This document shows, one piece after another, positions 53,846 through 61,994 of a stretch of DNA of 64,000 nt. A program made the position numbers and the translations under genes. How positions within the stretch are numbered: the stretch's first letter is position 1; each line of letters begins with the position of its first letter. The DNA is taken from contig CAZISK010000001.1 of assembly GCA_964541355.1 (NCBI GenBank), positions 4,335-68,334 of the forward strand. Direction: 5' to 3'. Origin of the DNA: an uncultured Candidatus Obscuribacterales bacterium (GTDB lineage: Bacteria; Cyanobacteriota; Vampirovibrionia; Obscuribacterales; Obscuribacteraceae). The notes under the pieces are model-generated. The model ran no database searches, had not been told where the DNA came from, and was given only the letters and a program-made list of their open reading frames with translations.

Positions 53846-54517
53846 GTGAAGAAGATTGTCTCAGTGCTTCTTGCATTTCTGTTTACCGTAAACCCTGCGT
53901 TTTGCAAGCTGGTCAAACTTGACGTTCAGAACCCGAACAGATCACTAGACTACTTCTTAAAACCTTACTGCATTTACGCAAGAAAACGAATTGAAACAGA
54001 GTGGACAAGCCGTGATCCGCGAATAAATCGCAAACTACAGATTGCTTTTACCGTTAATCAGGCTGGTGACATTATCGATATACGAAGCGTCGATATCAAC
54101 TTCCCTGACGCGCAAATTCAAGCGGCTGTTGCGGTGCATCGGAGTGGGCCTCTTCCGCCTCTCCCGCCCGGCCAGACCAAGATGGACATAATCGCAGAGT
54201 TTAAGAGCCAACGCCCCTTTTCGACTTTTGATCCGACGTCAAAAATTGATCCGCTCGCGGCGCTTGCAGTTGGAGCATTGGTTGGATTTTCTATATGGGC
54301 ACTCTGCTCGAAGAGTGGCAGAAGTGCATTGGCAAATGTCGGAACTGGTGCCAGCAATGATTACATATGGGTTGATCCTTACTACCTCTCAGATGGTACC
54401 TATGTTGAAGGGCATTACCGACCGCGTCCGAATGACACTGTTCTAGACAACTGGACGACTAAAGGAAACGTAAACCCAATTACTGGAAAGCCCGGATATA
54501 GAAATCCATATCCATAG
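53846..54517 (+). CDS. secreted/membrane protein with a TonB-C-like segment and a C-terminal DGTYVxGHYR motif
   Basis: 223 aa with the signal peptide KKIVSVLLAFLFTVNPAFC. LQIAFTVNQAGDIIDIRSV...AQIQAAVAVHRSGPLPPLP is TonB_C-like. It has a TM helix (LAALAVGALVGFSIWAL). The tail is LSDGTYVEGHYRPRPNDTVLDNWTTKGNVNPITGKPG. Confidence 0.45.
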   Translation: MKKIVSVLLAFLFTVNPAFCKLVKLDVQNPNRSLDYFLKPYCIYARKRIETEWTSRDPRINRKLQIAFTVNQAGDIIDIRSVDINFPDAQIQAAVAVHRSGPLPPLPPGQTKMDIIAEFKSQRPFSTFDPTSKIDPLAALAVGALVGFSIWALCSKSGRSALANVGTGASNDYIWVDPYYLSDGTYVEGHYRPRPNDTVLDNWTTKGNVNPITGKPGYRNPYP

Positions 54518-54562
54518 GATTAACTTGGGAATCCTCGCGGAGTTACGGGATGGAGGAAAACA

Positions 54563-54904
54563 ATGTACACAGACGAACTGTTAATCAAACAGCTCACAAG
54601 AATTGCAGACGCCCTCGAGAGAATTGCATATTCAAGAGAGCGTCCATCAGTAGAGATGCCGAAAGGTAAAGAATCACTGTTTGGGCCAAACGCATTCCTA
54701 ACAGAAGTCGAGGCTGCGGAGAAACTGGGAGTCTCAAAATCATTCTTTAGCCATAAGCGACTCTCGGGAGACGGTCCCCCGTACGTGAAAGTCGGCAGAC
54801 GCGTGAGATATAACGCAAAAGAACTGGAACAGTGGTGCAGGAGTAACACGGTCGCACATAGCGAGTGGTCGTCGCGTCGAAGTCAGAAACGGACAGAATT
54901 CTAG
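54563..54904 (+). CDS. AlpA/excisionase-like HTH protein
   Basis: FLTEVEAAEKLGVSKSFFSHKRLSGDGPPYVKVGRRVRYNAKELEQW. The RBS is ggaggaaaacaATG. It is a paralogue of 55962..56288. Confidence 0.7.
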   Translation: MYTDELLIKQLTRIADALERIAYSRERPSVEMPKGKESLFGPNAFLTEVEAAEKLGVSKSFFSHKRLSGDGPPYVKVGRRVRYNAKELEQWCRSNTVAHSEWSSRRSQKRTEF

Positions 54905-54986
54905 GGCGGTACAGACTTTCAAGGCAAAAGATGATGAATACCTTCAAAGATTTGAACAGTGGCCAAACACAAAAGAAATCTCAGAA

Positions 54987-55934
54987 ATGATCGTCGACCT
55001 TCCTACGAAAGACGAGCTTGAATGGAATGGTGTTGCCTTCCTAAACCTCGCTTGGGAACTGGTTATTGGTTTGTCGCTTCAACTTGCAGACGCTCAGGAA
55101 GCACACGACTATGGCTACTTTGGTCTCACCGTACGACAAATGGAAAAACAAAAACAACTGTTTTGGGAACAGGCCCAGCATCAGATTTCCGTTGCAATCG
55201 CACTCACTCAACAAGGAGCTGAGTTCCTGCTTAAGAGCAAGATCGCGGATACCTCACCATACCTCCTAATAGCGGGTGAACCGAATAAGTGGCCGAGCGG
55301 TTGTGATCGCGAACATAAGTCATTCTCAGAATTCATCACAATCGATGCACATGAGTTGATTCGAGTTCATGACACCATTTGCGGAGATAGCGAGCGCTTA
55401 AAGGTAGAGTTTCGGGAAGAGTTTGAAAGACTTAGAAGACTAAGAAACACGGTTATGCACTCGGTGGACAAACGTCGTTCACTTGCGGCTCGTGACGGAG
55501 TACTAGCAATTCTGCACGTTGCAAATGGGCTAATGGGACCTCAAACATGGCAATACATGCGAAAGGACTACTTGGGCAAGAAGGTCAATCCAAGCGACCC
55601 TGATTGTTCCTCTGGCAATCCAATGGCTGCTCTGGCAAGAGAGACACAGCATGCAATTACCGACCTGGGTCTTTCAAAGGCCGATGTTCGAAAACACTTT
55701 TTGTTTGATCCAAGTAATAACCGGAAATATATTAGTCTCTGTTGTAGTGATCGGGACACTGATTTTTACCCATTACTCACGCAAATTCGCCCAAGAGCCC
55801 GCGGCTCTACATCCGTAACCTGCGCATCTTGCTGCGACTCATTTCCAATACTTCGACAGCAATGCACCTGGTCAAATTGCAAAGGAAATGTCATTGACGA
55901 GAAGAGCGGTCACTGCCTAACATGCGGGTATTAA
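54987..55934 (+). CDS. HEPN-like (DUF4145/Abi-type) protein with a C-terminal zinc ribbon
   Basis: 315 aa. FERLRRLRNTVMHS contains an Rx4H HEPN-type motif (RNTVMH) in the l..lR..RN...H context. An upstream helix AIALTQQGAEFLLKSKI precedes it. The C-terminus has CASCC...CTWSNC...HCLTCG. Confidence 0.5.
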   Translation: MIVDLPTKDELEWNGVAFLNLAWELVIGLSLQLADAQEAHDYGYFGLTVRQMEKQKQLFWEQAQHQISVAIALTQQGAEFLLKSKIADTSPYLLIAGEPNKWPSGCDREHKSFSEFITIDAHELIRVHDTICGDSERLKVEFREEFERLRRLRNTVMHSVDKRRSLAARDGVLAILHVANGLMGPQTWQYMRKDYLGKKVNPSDPDCSSGNPMAALARETQHAITDLGLSKADVRKHFLFDPSNNRKYISLCCSDRDTDFYPLLTQIRPRARGSTSVTCASCCDSFPILRQQCTWSNCKGNVIDEKSGHCLTCGY

Positions 55935-55961
55935 TTTCTCACCACGTCAATGGAGGGAAAA

Positions 55962-56288
55962 ATGATGTTCACCGACGAAATTCTCTGCAAACAACTCACC
56001 AGAATCGCAGATGCCCTTGAGCAAATCGCGTCCATAATTGACCGCCACCCGCAAAACGATAAGCCACTCACTCCAGCCAATCACCTGACTGAAAAAGAAG
56101 CAGCCAAGCATTTGGGGCTTTCAGTAGCTTGGTTTCAGCGAAAGCGATGGGAAGGTAACGGACCACCATATGTTAAAGTCGGAAGCGCAGTCAGATACAA
56201 TGTTCGGAAATTAGATGAATGGGTGAAACAAAACACTGCTTCCCGCGTTCTTGAATCACGAGGACGCCAAACAAGGACAGAGTTTTGA
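55962..56288 (+). CDS. AlpA/excisionase-like HTH protein (paralogue of 54563..54904)
   Basis: MMFTDEILCKQLTRIADALEQIA...LTEKEAAKHLGLSVAWFQRKRWEGNGPPYVKVGSAVRYNVRKLDEW. ATG 55962 follows GGAGGG. The ORF track starts at 55950. Confidence 0.7.
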   Translation: MMFTDEILCKQLTRIADALEQIASIIDRHPQNDKPLTPANHLTEKEAAKHLGLSVAWFQRKRWEGNGPPYVKVGSAVRYNVRKLDEWVKQNTASRVLESRGRQTRTEF

Positions 56289-56392
56289 AGTTCATTGAAC
56301 GCTAATGAGTGAAGCGATTGATAAGAACAAACATAGGGGCGATACCATATATGGTTCTTCGCCTTTGGAGTAACCATCCATGTGATTTTTCC

Positions 56393-57895
56393 TCACCTCG
56401 AAGCAAAATTCGTCGGCACATTCGATTTTCGTTGCTGCCTGCGAAGTTCTAGTGATTTGTTGATACACCAACCAAGATCTAAATCGGCAAGATTCTTCGG
56501 CATCAACACGCTGAAGTCCCCCCAGGCAAGCAAACTGTCTATTCCAAATTCGTTAAAGGTCGTCGCAACGTTTTCTTGCAATGCTCGAAATCCACCAGGT
56601 TCATTGTTCACCAGTTGATGAACTGTCTGAGGCAAGAACGAAATCACATCGCCTGCAAACTCTTCTACAAACTCTTTGAATTCAAGTGCATCATTTGCAC
56701 TATCGATTGCCCCAAAAGCTCCCGATGCCGCTGGCAATTCGTGTTTCAATTGGTTGTACATTCCGCGTCCGACGGCAAGTACGGCGACCTTCAGTTGTGC
56801 AGTTTTATCCAAATCACGTGTTTGATGAAGTTTCTTCGCGGTCCTGAGAATGTCGGGATACATTCTTCCTAACAACTGCTTGTCTTTGTAAATGCTGCTT
56901 CCGGCATCACAAATACCATTGTAAAGGTTCAACCACTCCTCCTGGGCTTCTACGTAACCGCGACGCAATCGGATAAAATCACCGCTAAAGTGCACCAAGC
57001 CTCCAATCTCTGTCTTCGCTCTTTCCTCCCAGAGCAGCGCTCGTTCTCTTATTTTGATCCAGGGGAGATTCTCGCCAAAACCTGGAAGATCGTAATCGAA
57101 CTTACCAATTTCTATTCGCTTGGCCCATTCTTCGGGGACGATTGGGTCTATGGGCAACACCTGTTCCAAGGTTTTAAGATCATGGGTCTTGTTACCAGCA
57201 AGCGCATGAGCATTGATGCGAGGCTTTGCTTTAAGAGCCCCGCCTCGCATCCCAAGTCGGCGTTGAAGTTCTGAGAACTGGTTCTCTAACGCTTTTGCAT
57301 CGGAGTTCAGAGTTTTTTCAAGTTCAGCGGCGCATGTGCGGTATTTTGTTGATTCACCGTCCAGCTGGTCGATCTCTTTTCGCATCTGCTCCAATGTCTC
57401 TGGCCAATCCTTCTTAATTTTTTGAAGATCTGCTTGCTCTCGATCGAGCTGACTTTTTAACAACTTAAATTGCTGATTTCGCCGCCGAATTTCAACTGTT
57501 GCATTCTCAAATCGAGGCAACATATGCTGAATCCACACACGGTTCTCTTGGGCGTGCCAAGCTATATTTTCAATATTTCCAGCGACAGTAAGATCGAGAT
57601 AAACACCATCAAAGTCTAGGCCTAAGTCTTTATACGTGTAGCCTAGATCACCGAGCAGGGTGTCGTAGCGCCGGTTTAGTTCTGCAAAGCTTGGCAAACT
57701 TGGTGCAGAACTAGAGTCAGTCTGCGATTTTGTATTTGTCGGTTCCTGAGACCGTTCACGTTGAGGTACAGAGCTAGTGGGGCCTTTTTCATGGTAATAG
57801 TGTTTGGTATATATGCCTTGCCAACCTGCAAATGCGCACAATGAGGTGGTACACAACCACAACATTAATGTCAGCAGGAAAACTCCTTTCGCCAT
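56393..57895 (-). CDS. secreted/anchored coiled-coil protein
   Basis: ATG 57893-57895 is preceded by AAGGGAG. The signal or anchor is MAKGVFLLTLMLWLCTTSLCAFA. Long heptad-like segments follow (LKSQLDREQADLQKIKKDWPETLEQMRKEIDQL). The ORF track extends to 57997. Confidence 0.55.
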   Translation of the reverse strand: MAKGVFLLTLMLWLCTTSLCAFAGWQGIYTKHYYHEKGPTSSVPQRERSQEPTNTKSQTDSSSAPSLPSFAELNRRYDTLLGDLGYTYKDLGLDFDGVYLDLTVAGNIENIAWHAQENRVWIQHMLPRFENATVEIRRRNQQFKLLKSQLDREQADLQKIKKDWPETLEQMRKEIDQLDGESTKYRTCAAELEKTLNSDAKALENQFSELQRRLGMRGGALKAKPRINAHALAGNKTHDLKTLEQVLPIDPIVPEEWAKRIEIGKFDYDLPGFGENLPWIKIRERALLWEERAKTEIGGLVHFSGDFIRLRRGYVEAQEEWLNLYNGICDAGSSIYKDKQLLGRMYPDILRTAKKLHQTRDLDKTAQLKVAVLAVGRGMYNQLKHELPAASGAFGAIDSANDALEFKEFVEEFAGDVISFLPQTVHQLVNNEPGGFRALQENVATTFNEFGIDSLLAWGDFSVLMPKNLADLDLGWCINKSLELRRQQRKSNVPTNFASR

Positions 57896-58037
57896 AGATC
57901 TCCCTTTAAGGCCAGGTTCAGTCAGTCGAAAGCATTCGTGTTTCCAATGGTTGAAAATTATCCCACATGACTGCTCTGGGGTCAGTGAATTGCACAAGAG
58001 AGTTTTGCGTCAATCGCGCTAAGGCGATGACGGGAGG

Positions 58038-58610
58038 CTAGCTTCCCCGCTCTTGAGGCGCGTGAGAGTAGTCAGCGCCGGGGGGCAGGATCCCTTTTTC
58101 CTTGAGCAAAGCGAGAGCTTCAGCCTCCTCGGTTGAGGCTCGCTCTTCTGCAGTCACATCAATCAGGGAAAATGCTTCACGTTGCAACAAGACCCTATAT
58201 TCGTCTTTAGACATGAGGTACTCCATTGCCTTGTCGTGATCTCCACCGATTAACTTCATGGCTTGCCTGAGTTCTTCCTCGTTCAAATCAGCCCCAGTCG
58301 GTGCATTTGCATCTCTCTGTTTGATTGCGGAGATCTGTTCCTTACACAAGGAGCCGATTACCTTTGCTCGATCTGGGTCATAGTCTTCTTTATCAACGGC
58401 CTTAATGAGATCAGAGAGATATTCCACTACACCTTTGATTGTAGTGAGATCTCGTTCAGCTGGTGCGGCTCGCCCAACAACTGCTGGAAGATTTCGAGGA
58501 TGCTGCCAGCATCCCTCACTTCCTTGAAGCTTCAGTGAAGTGCAGAGTTTGCCGCTATCCATTTGATAGCCGCATTGCATTGATGGTGGTGGTAACTCTT
58601 TTTTGCCCAT
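58038..58610 (-). CDS. hypothetical protein
   Basis: 190-aa ORF. No recognised domain. Confidence 0.45.
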   Translation of the reverse strand: MGKKELPPPSMQCGYQMDSGKLCTSLKLQGSEGCWQHPRNLPAVVGRAAPAERDLTTIKGVVEYLSDLIKAVDKEDYDPDRAKVIGSLCKEQISAIKQRDANAPTGADLNEEELRQAMKLIGGDHDKAMEYLMSKDEYRVLLQREAFSLIDVTAEERASTEEAEALALLKEKGILPPGADYSHAPQERGS

Positions 58611-59010
58611 AGCTAAACCATTACAGTTGCATTCAGTATAGCCTCAAGTTGCATGCACCGCCAGTAGTGACTATGAAATCAGACATTATTCGCGCAATCT
58701 GTCAATCGCAAGCGTAATTCAGCGAATGTACAGAGCCAGTACAGTTTTCTACAGATCTCCATGACTGTTGCCCCGCCTGAATTCTCAGGTTCTAAGAATA
58801 AGCACAGAAAATTGTGGACATTCAGCGTACATACAATGGGCTATGAGCGCGAAGAGTTTTGATAAGGTACCGTCAGTCGAGCTTTGCAAAGACGGTAAAG
58901 ACAACATTCTAAGTTTCAGCTCAAAATCAGGATTCCGGTAAAGACAATCGGCAAAATCCAGGCGCGATTCTGCTAACTTTCAGCCACAACAATTCCACAA
59001 AGGAGAAACG

Positions 59011-59427
59011 ATGATTCACACCAAAGCCAAGCTCTCTACGGAGATAACAATACTCAGCGACGTCGAACCACATATAGCACTATTCAATGGGTTTTTAGCT
59101 CGCACAATTCGACAGCTTACTTCTGAGCAAGCTCGCGGGCTGTTTCTAAGGCATGTTTCGAGGCAGGTTGATACTCTTTATGCGGCCGAAGAAGAGCAGC
59201 CTGGAACTGCTCTGTGGAGAGTGATACTTGAGTCTGTCGGTGCAAAGAAAATTGAAGTACTCAAGATTGTTCGCGAAGTCGCCGGGCTTGGACTGAGGGA
59301 AGCGAAGGATATTGTTGACGCAGTCGGTGCAGGTCCAGTGCCTATTGCTTCAGACCTGTCCATTCAAAAAGCCCGAGAAATGAAACGCAGACTCGAATCG
59401 GTCGGTGCAGTCGCGAGGCTCGATTAA
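59011..59427 (+). CDS. protein with a ribosomal L7/L12 C-terminal-domain-like module
   Basis: The C-terminal 70 aa read VILESVGAKKIEVLKIVREVAGLGLREAKDIVDAVGAGPVPIASDLSIQKAREMKRRLESVGAVARLD. This tracks the L7/L12 CTD consensus (v.L...G..Ki.vIK.vR..tGLGLkEAKdlVe..p..i.e.vsk.eAe.lk..Le.aGA.vel). The N-terminal 70 aa are unrelated to the L12 NTD. The RBS is aaaggagaaacgATG. Confidence 0.7.
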   Translation: MIHTKAKLSTEITILSDVEPHIALFNGFLARTIRQLTSEQARGLFLRHVSRQVDTLYAAEEEQPGTALWRVILESVGAKKIEVLKIVREVAGLGLREAKDIVDAVGAGPVPIASDLSIQKAREMKRRLESVGAVARLD

Positions 59428-59921
59428 TGCCCTACAAAGGACCGCTCCGCGGATTTGAAAAACAGCAGATTGAATTCGAGTCAACGTTGCAAAACATATT
59501 GCAGGATTTGCCCCGCGAACAAAGAGTTCAATTCTTGGAGTACGCAAAGGCGAGGGTGTCTTGGTCACGCGTTTTCGAGAAGGCGCTCGGCCGAATCAAA
59601 GCAAAAATCGAGCACCATGAGCCGTTGTCGGCTCTTATTTCTGTCATTAACAGAAATGCATTTCACGGTCCGCTCAAAGCAAAAGATGCGCGCAACTTGT
59701 ACGACCTTCGATGCGCGATGACGAACATAGAAGATGATGGCTCACTTGAACCACCTCTTAGAAAAGCTATCACTGTGTGCAAAAACTTGGTCCATGCGAT
59801 TCTTTACGCAGACATTGTTCTGTACGGGAAGAATGGGTTTCTAGAAAAGGATAAAGACAATGTCTGGAGAGTAGTCACTAAAGATGGCTTCATCGACCTT
59901 CAGGTGCACGAGCCGGGCTAA
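59427..59921 (+). CDS. hypothetical protein
   Basis: 164-aa ORF whose start overlaps the stop of the L12-CTD gene (TAATG). No recognised domain. Confidence 0.5.
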   Translation: MPYKGPLRGFEKQQIEFESTLQNILQDLPREQRVQFLEYAKARVSWSRVFEKALGRIKAKIEHHEPLSALISVINRNAFHGPLKAKDARNLYDLRCAMTNIEDDGSLEPPLRKAITVCKNLVHAILYADIVLYGKNGFLEKDKDNVWRVVTKDGFIDLQVHEPG

Positions 59922-60015
59922 ACAAAAAAAATAGAGGCTTCTTGGGGCGACAACCAGACCAAACAACTACGAAGTACCACGCAACAAAAAACGCAACAAA
60001 TTGGAGATTAGGTAA

Positions 60016-60495
60016 GGTGACAGGTCCAACAGTAATGATTTTCTTGAGGCAGTTGTAGATCGTTTCGGCTCTATTGTTTGGGATCTTGCGGCAACGAATG
60101 AAAATGCTGTGCTGGAACTGGGTGCAGATGGTCACTATTATGGTCCCGGTTCACCGTATCACGAAGACGCACTAGCGCCTGAGTGTGTTTGGGGTGCCGA
60201 TGATCGGGATGATTCAACATGGAATTTGCACAATCATTGGTTGAACCCAGAGTTCAATCATGTCGCCCCGTGGGCGAAGAAAAGCAGCGAGAGCCAAGCA
60301 AAGATATTGTTTCTAGTTCCTGCAAGTATTGGCAGCCGATGGTTCGCTGAATACGTCAACAGAAAGGCGTATGTGCTCGGACTAGATCCGAGGCTGACAT
60401 TCAAAGGTTCGAAAGATCCCTATCCAAAAGATCTCATGCTGTGCTGCTTCAACTTCTACGGCTTTACTGGATTCGACACATGGAGATGGAAATGA
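60016..60495 (+). pseudogene. phage Dam-family N6-adenine methyltransferase-like gene, apparently 5'-decayed
   Basis: The open frame begins right after TAA 60013-60015. It encodes DFLEAVVDRFGSIVWDLAATNENAV (rFG.f.lD.AA...NA motif) upstream of the first in-frame start codon (GTG 60109). Downstream motifs are HWLNPEFNHVAPWAKK (NPEF in place of NPPY/F), LVPASIGSRWF and RLTFKG. Confidence 0.5.
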
Positions 60496-60567
60496 CGAAC
60501 GACGAAGCAATCAAACTAATTGAAGAGGCTTGTAACCAAGCCGTGATAACCGCTGTGCATCCTGAGA

Positions 60568-61311
60568 TTACGGAAACACGTTGAATCCACCCATCAGATT
60601 CGGCATCGTTGTTATCATCCCGCCACTCGGAGTGTATATATTCTGCCCACCAAAAACGTTCGGCATTGTTGTAGTCATTCCATCTGAACCGTAAATGTTC
60701 TGACCACCAAACACGTTTTTCATGGTCGTGGTCATTCCACCATTCGGAGAATAAATGTTGTAACCGCCAAAAACATTGGGCATTGTTGTGGTCATGCCGC
60801 CGTCGGAGTGAATGATGTTCTGTCCGCCAAAAATGTTTCGGGAGGACATCGAACCGGAAGCGATGAGGGGTGGTGCCAGCGGAGTAATCGGTGACGGGGT
60901 TATCATCGATACAGGCGGATTAGACATCATCATCGGCATCGGGCCGCTTGGTGACAATGGATACTGACTCGCCCCAGCGCAGAAGCGACCTGTGAAAGCG
61001 AGGGCATTTTGACCGACAACCATAGCTCCCTTACAGAGCCCTTTGCCTAACGTGCCCAATCGCTTTTTGAGTTTCCACTTAGAGGATTGAGGCGGAGTGG
61101 GGAGCGCTGCCGGGTCCATTGGAGCCGTTACATTTGGGTCCGAGGCTAGCACTGGCGAAGGAGTCGCTGCTCTGACCGGCGCTGGCCCGGGCTGAATAGC
61201 AGCTTGTCGTCGAGGTGCCAGGTTCGGCAGCTGCGCCTCTGCCTTCTGTGCACTAAAACCCGCACACGCCATCAATAGTGCAAAACCAACTACAAAACTC
61301 TTCATTTCCAA
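60568..61311 (-). CDS. secreted protein with tandem GGMTTTMPNVFGGQNIY repeats
   Basis: 247 aa with the signal peptide MEMKSFVVGFALLMACAGFSAQKAEA and a P-rich middle region. The C-terminus has 4-5 tandem ~20-aa repeats. Confidence 0.65.
   Translation of the reverse strand: MEMKSFVVGFALLMACAGFSAQKAEAQLPNLAPRRQAAIQPGPAPVRAATPSPVLASDPNVTAPMDPAALPTPPQSSKWKLKKRLGTLGKGLCKGAMVVGQNALAFTGRFCAGASQYPLSPSGPMPMMMSNPPVSMITPSPITPLAPPLIASGSMSSRNIFGGQNIIHSDGGMTTTMPNVFGGYNIYSPNGGMTTTMKNVFGGQNIYGSDGMTTTMPNVFGGQNIYTPSGGMITTMPNLMGGFNVFP
60571..60845 (-). repeat. in-frame tandem ~60-bp coding repeats
   Basis: There are five related units: NIFGGQNIIHSDGGMTTTM, PNVFGGYNIYSPNGGMTTTM, KNVFGGQNIYGSDGMTTTM, PNVFGGQNIYTPSGGMITTM and PNLMGGFNVFP. 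The DNA motif ccaccaaa(a/c)acgtt recurs. Confidence 0.6.
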
Positions 61312-61403
61312 CGCCCCTTGGTGTTATGGGAATGAAATCAGAGTTTCGTGGAAGATTCGTGGCATAACACTTCTTAGAAACCTGAACTGTTCGTAATTTA
61401 GTA

Positions 61404-61994
61404 ATGAGAAGAATCGGTGGCATAGGGATAGGACCTGGAGGACCCAGAAAGAGGGGGTCTATTACTTCGTTTGCACGCCATTTCAGACGAGACAGCCACC
61501 TCTTTCCAGACAATTCCACCACCTCGGATTTTGAACTCGATTCTTGGGTTGGGAGACTCCACCGCAGGGTCTGGATCGCGCTAGGACTAGTTTGCATATT
61601 TGGATTTTTCCCGTTTTCAATCTTGTACGGCTCCAATATACAAGCTGGTCGAGTTGTATTCTGGCTGACCACAGCGGTGTTCCTTTTGCTCTTCCAGCTA
61701 CCCCGATTTCGCGCACGTCCAAAGAGCGCCGACTCAAGCGGAGCATTCAAGAGTTTCTGCACCCTTTGCGACAGCACCACCGAACAACTCTGGGACGCAG
61801 AGTCCGAAAACTTGCACCTGCAGTGCACCGTCTGCAATACCAAATTAATTTGGGAACATCCTTACGTTGCAAGTGCACGTTGTCCCAGGTGTCAATGCAA
61901 ACTAGACTGGCAAGAAAATTACAATTGGACTCTGCGTGGCTCTTGCACTAGGTGCCGAATGTCCGTTGACTCGCTTCCACCAGTTATGCCTTAG
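61404..61994 (+). CDS. membrane protein with C-terminal zinc-ribbon-like CxxC pairs
   Basis: 196 aa with two hydrophobic helices (VWIALGLVCIFGFFPFSILY, VVFWLTTAVFLLLFQL). These are followed by CTLCDS...CTVCNT...CPRCQC...CTRCRM. I prefer it to the overlapping minus-strand ORF 61253..61843. Confidence 0.4.
   Translation: MRRIGGIGIGPGGPRKRGSITSFARHFRRDSHLFPDNSTTSDFELDSWVGRLHRRVWIALGLVCIFGFFPFSILYGSNIQAGRVVFWLTTAVFLLLFQLPRFRARPKSADSSGAFKSFCTLCDSTTEQLWDAESENLHLQCTVCNTKLIWEHPYVASARCPRCQCKLDWQENYNWTLRGSCTRCRMSVDSLPPVMP

Noticed and set aside
61253-61843. 196-aa minus-strand ORF overlapping 61404..61994(+).
   Set aside because: Its N-terminal part overlaps the signal-peptide region of gene 60568..61311, and its composition is junk-like. 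The plus-strand ORF has TM helices and regular CxxC pairs.
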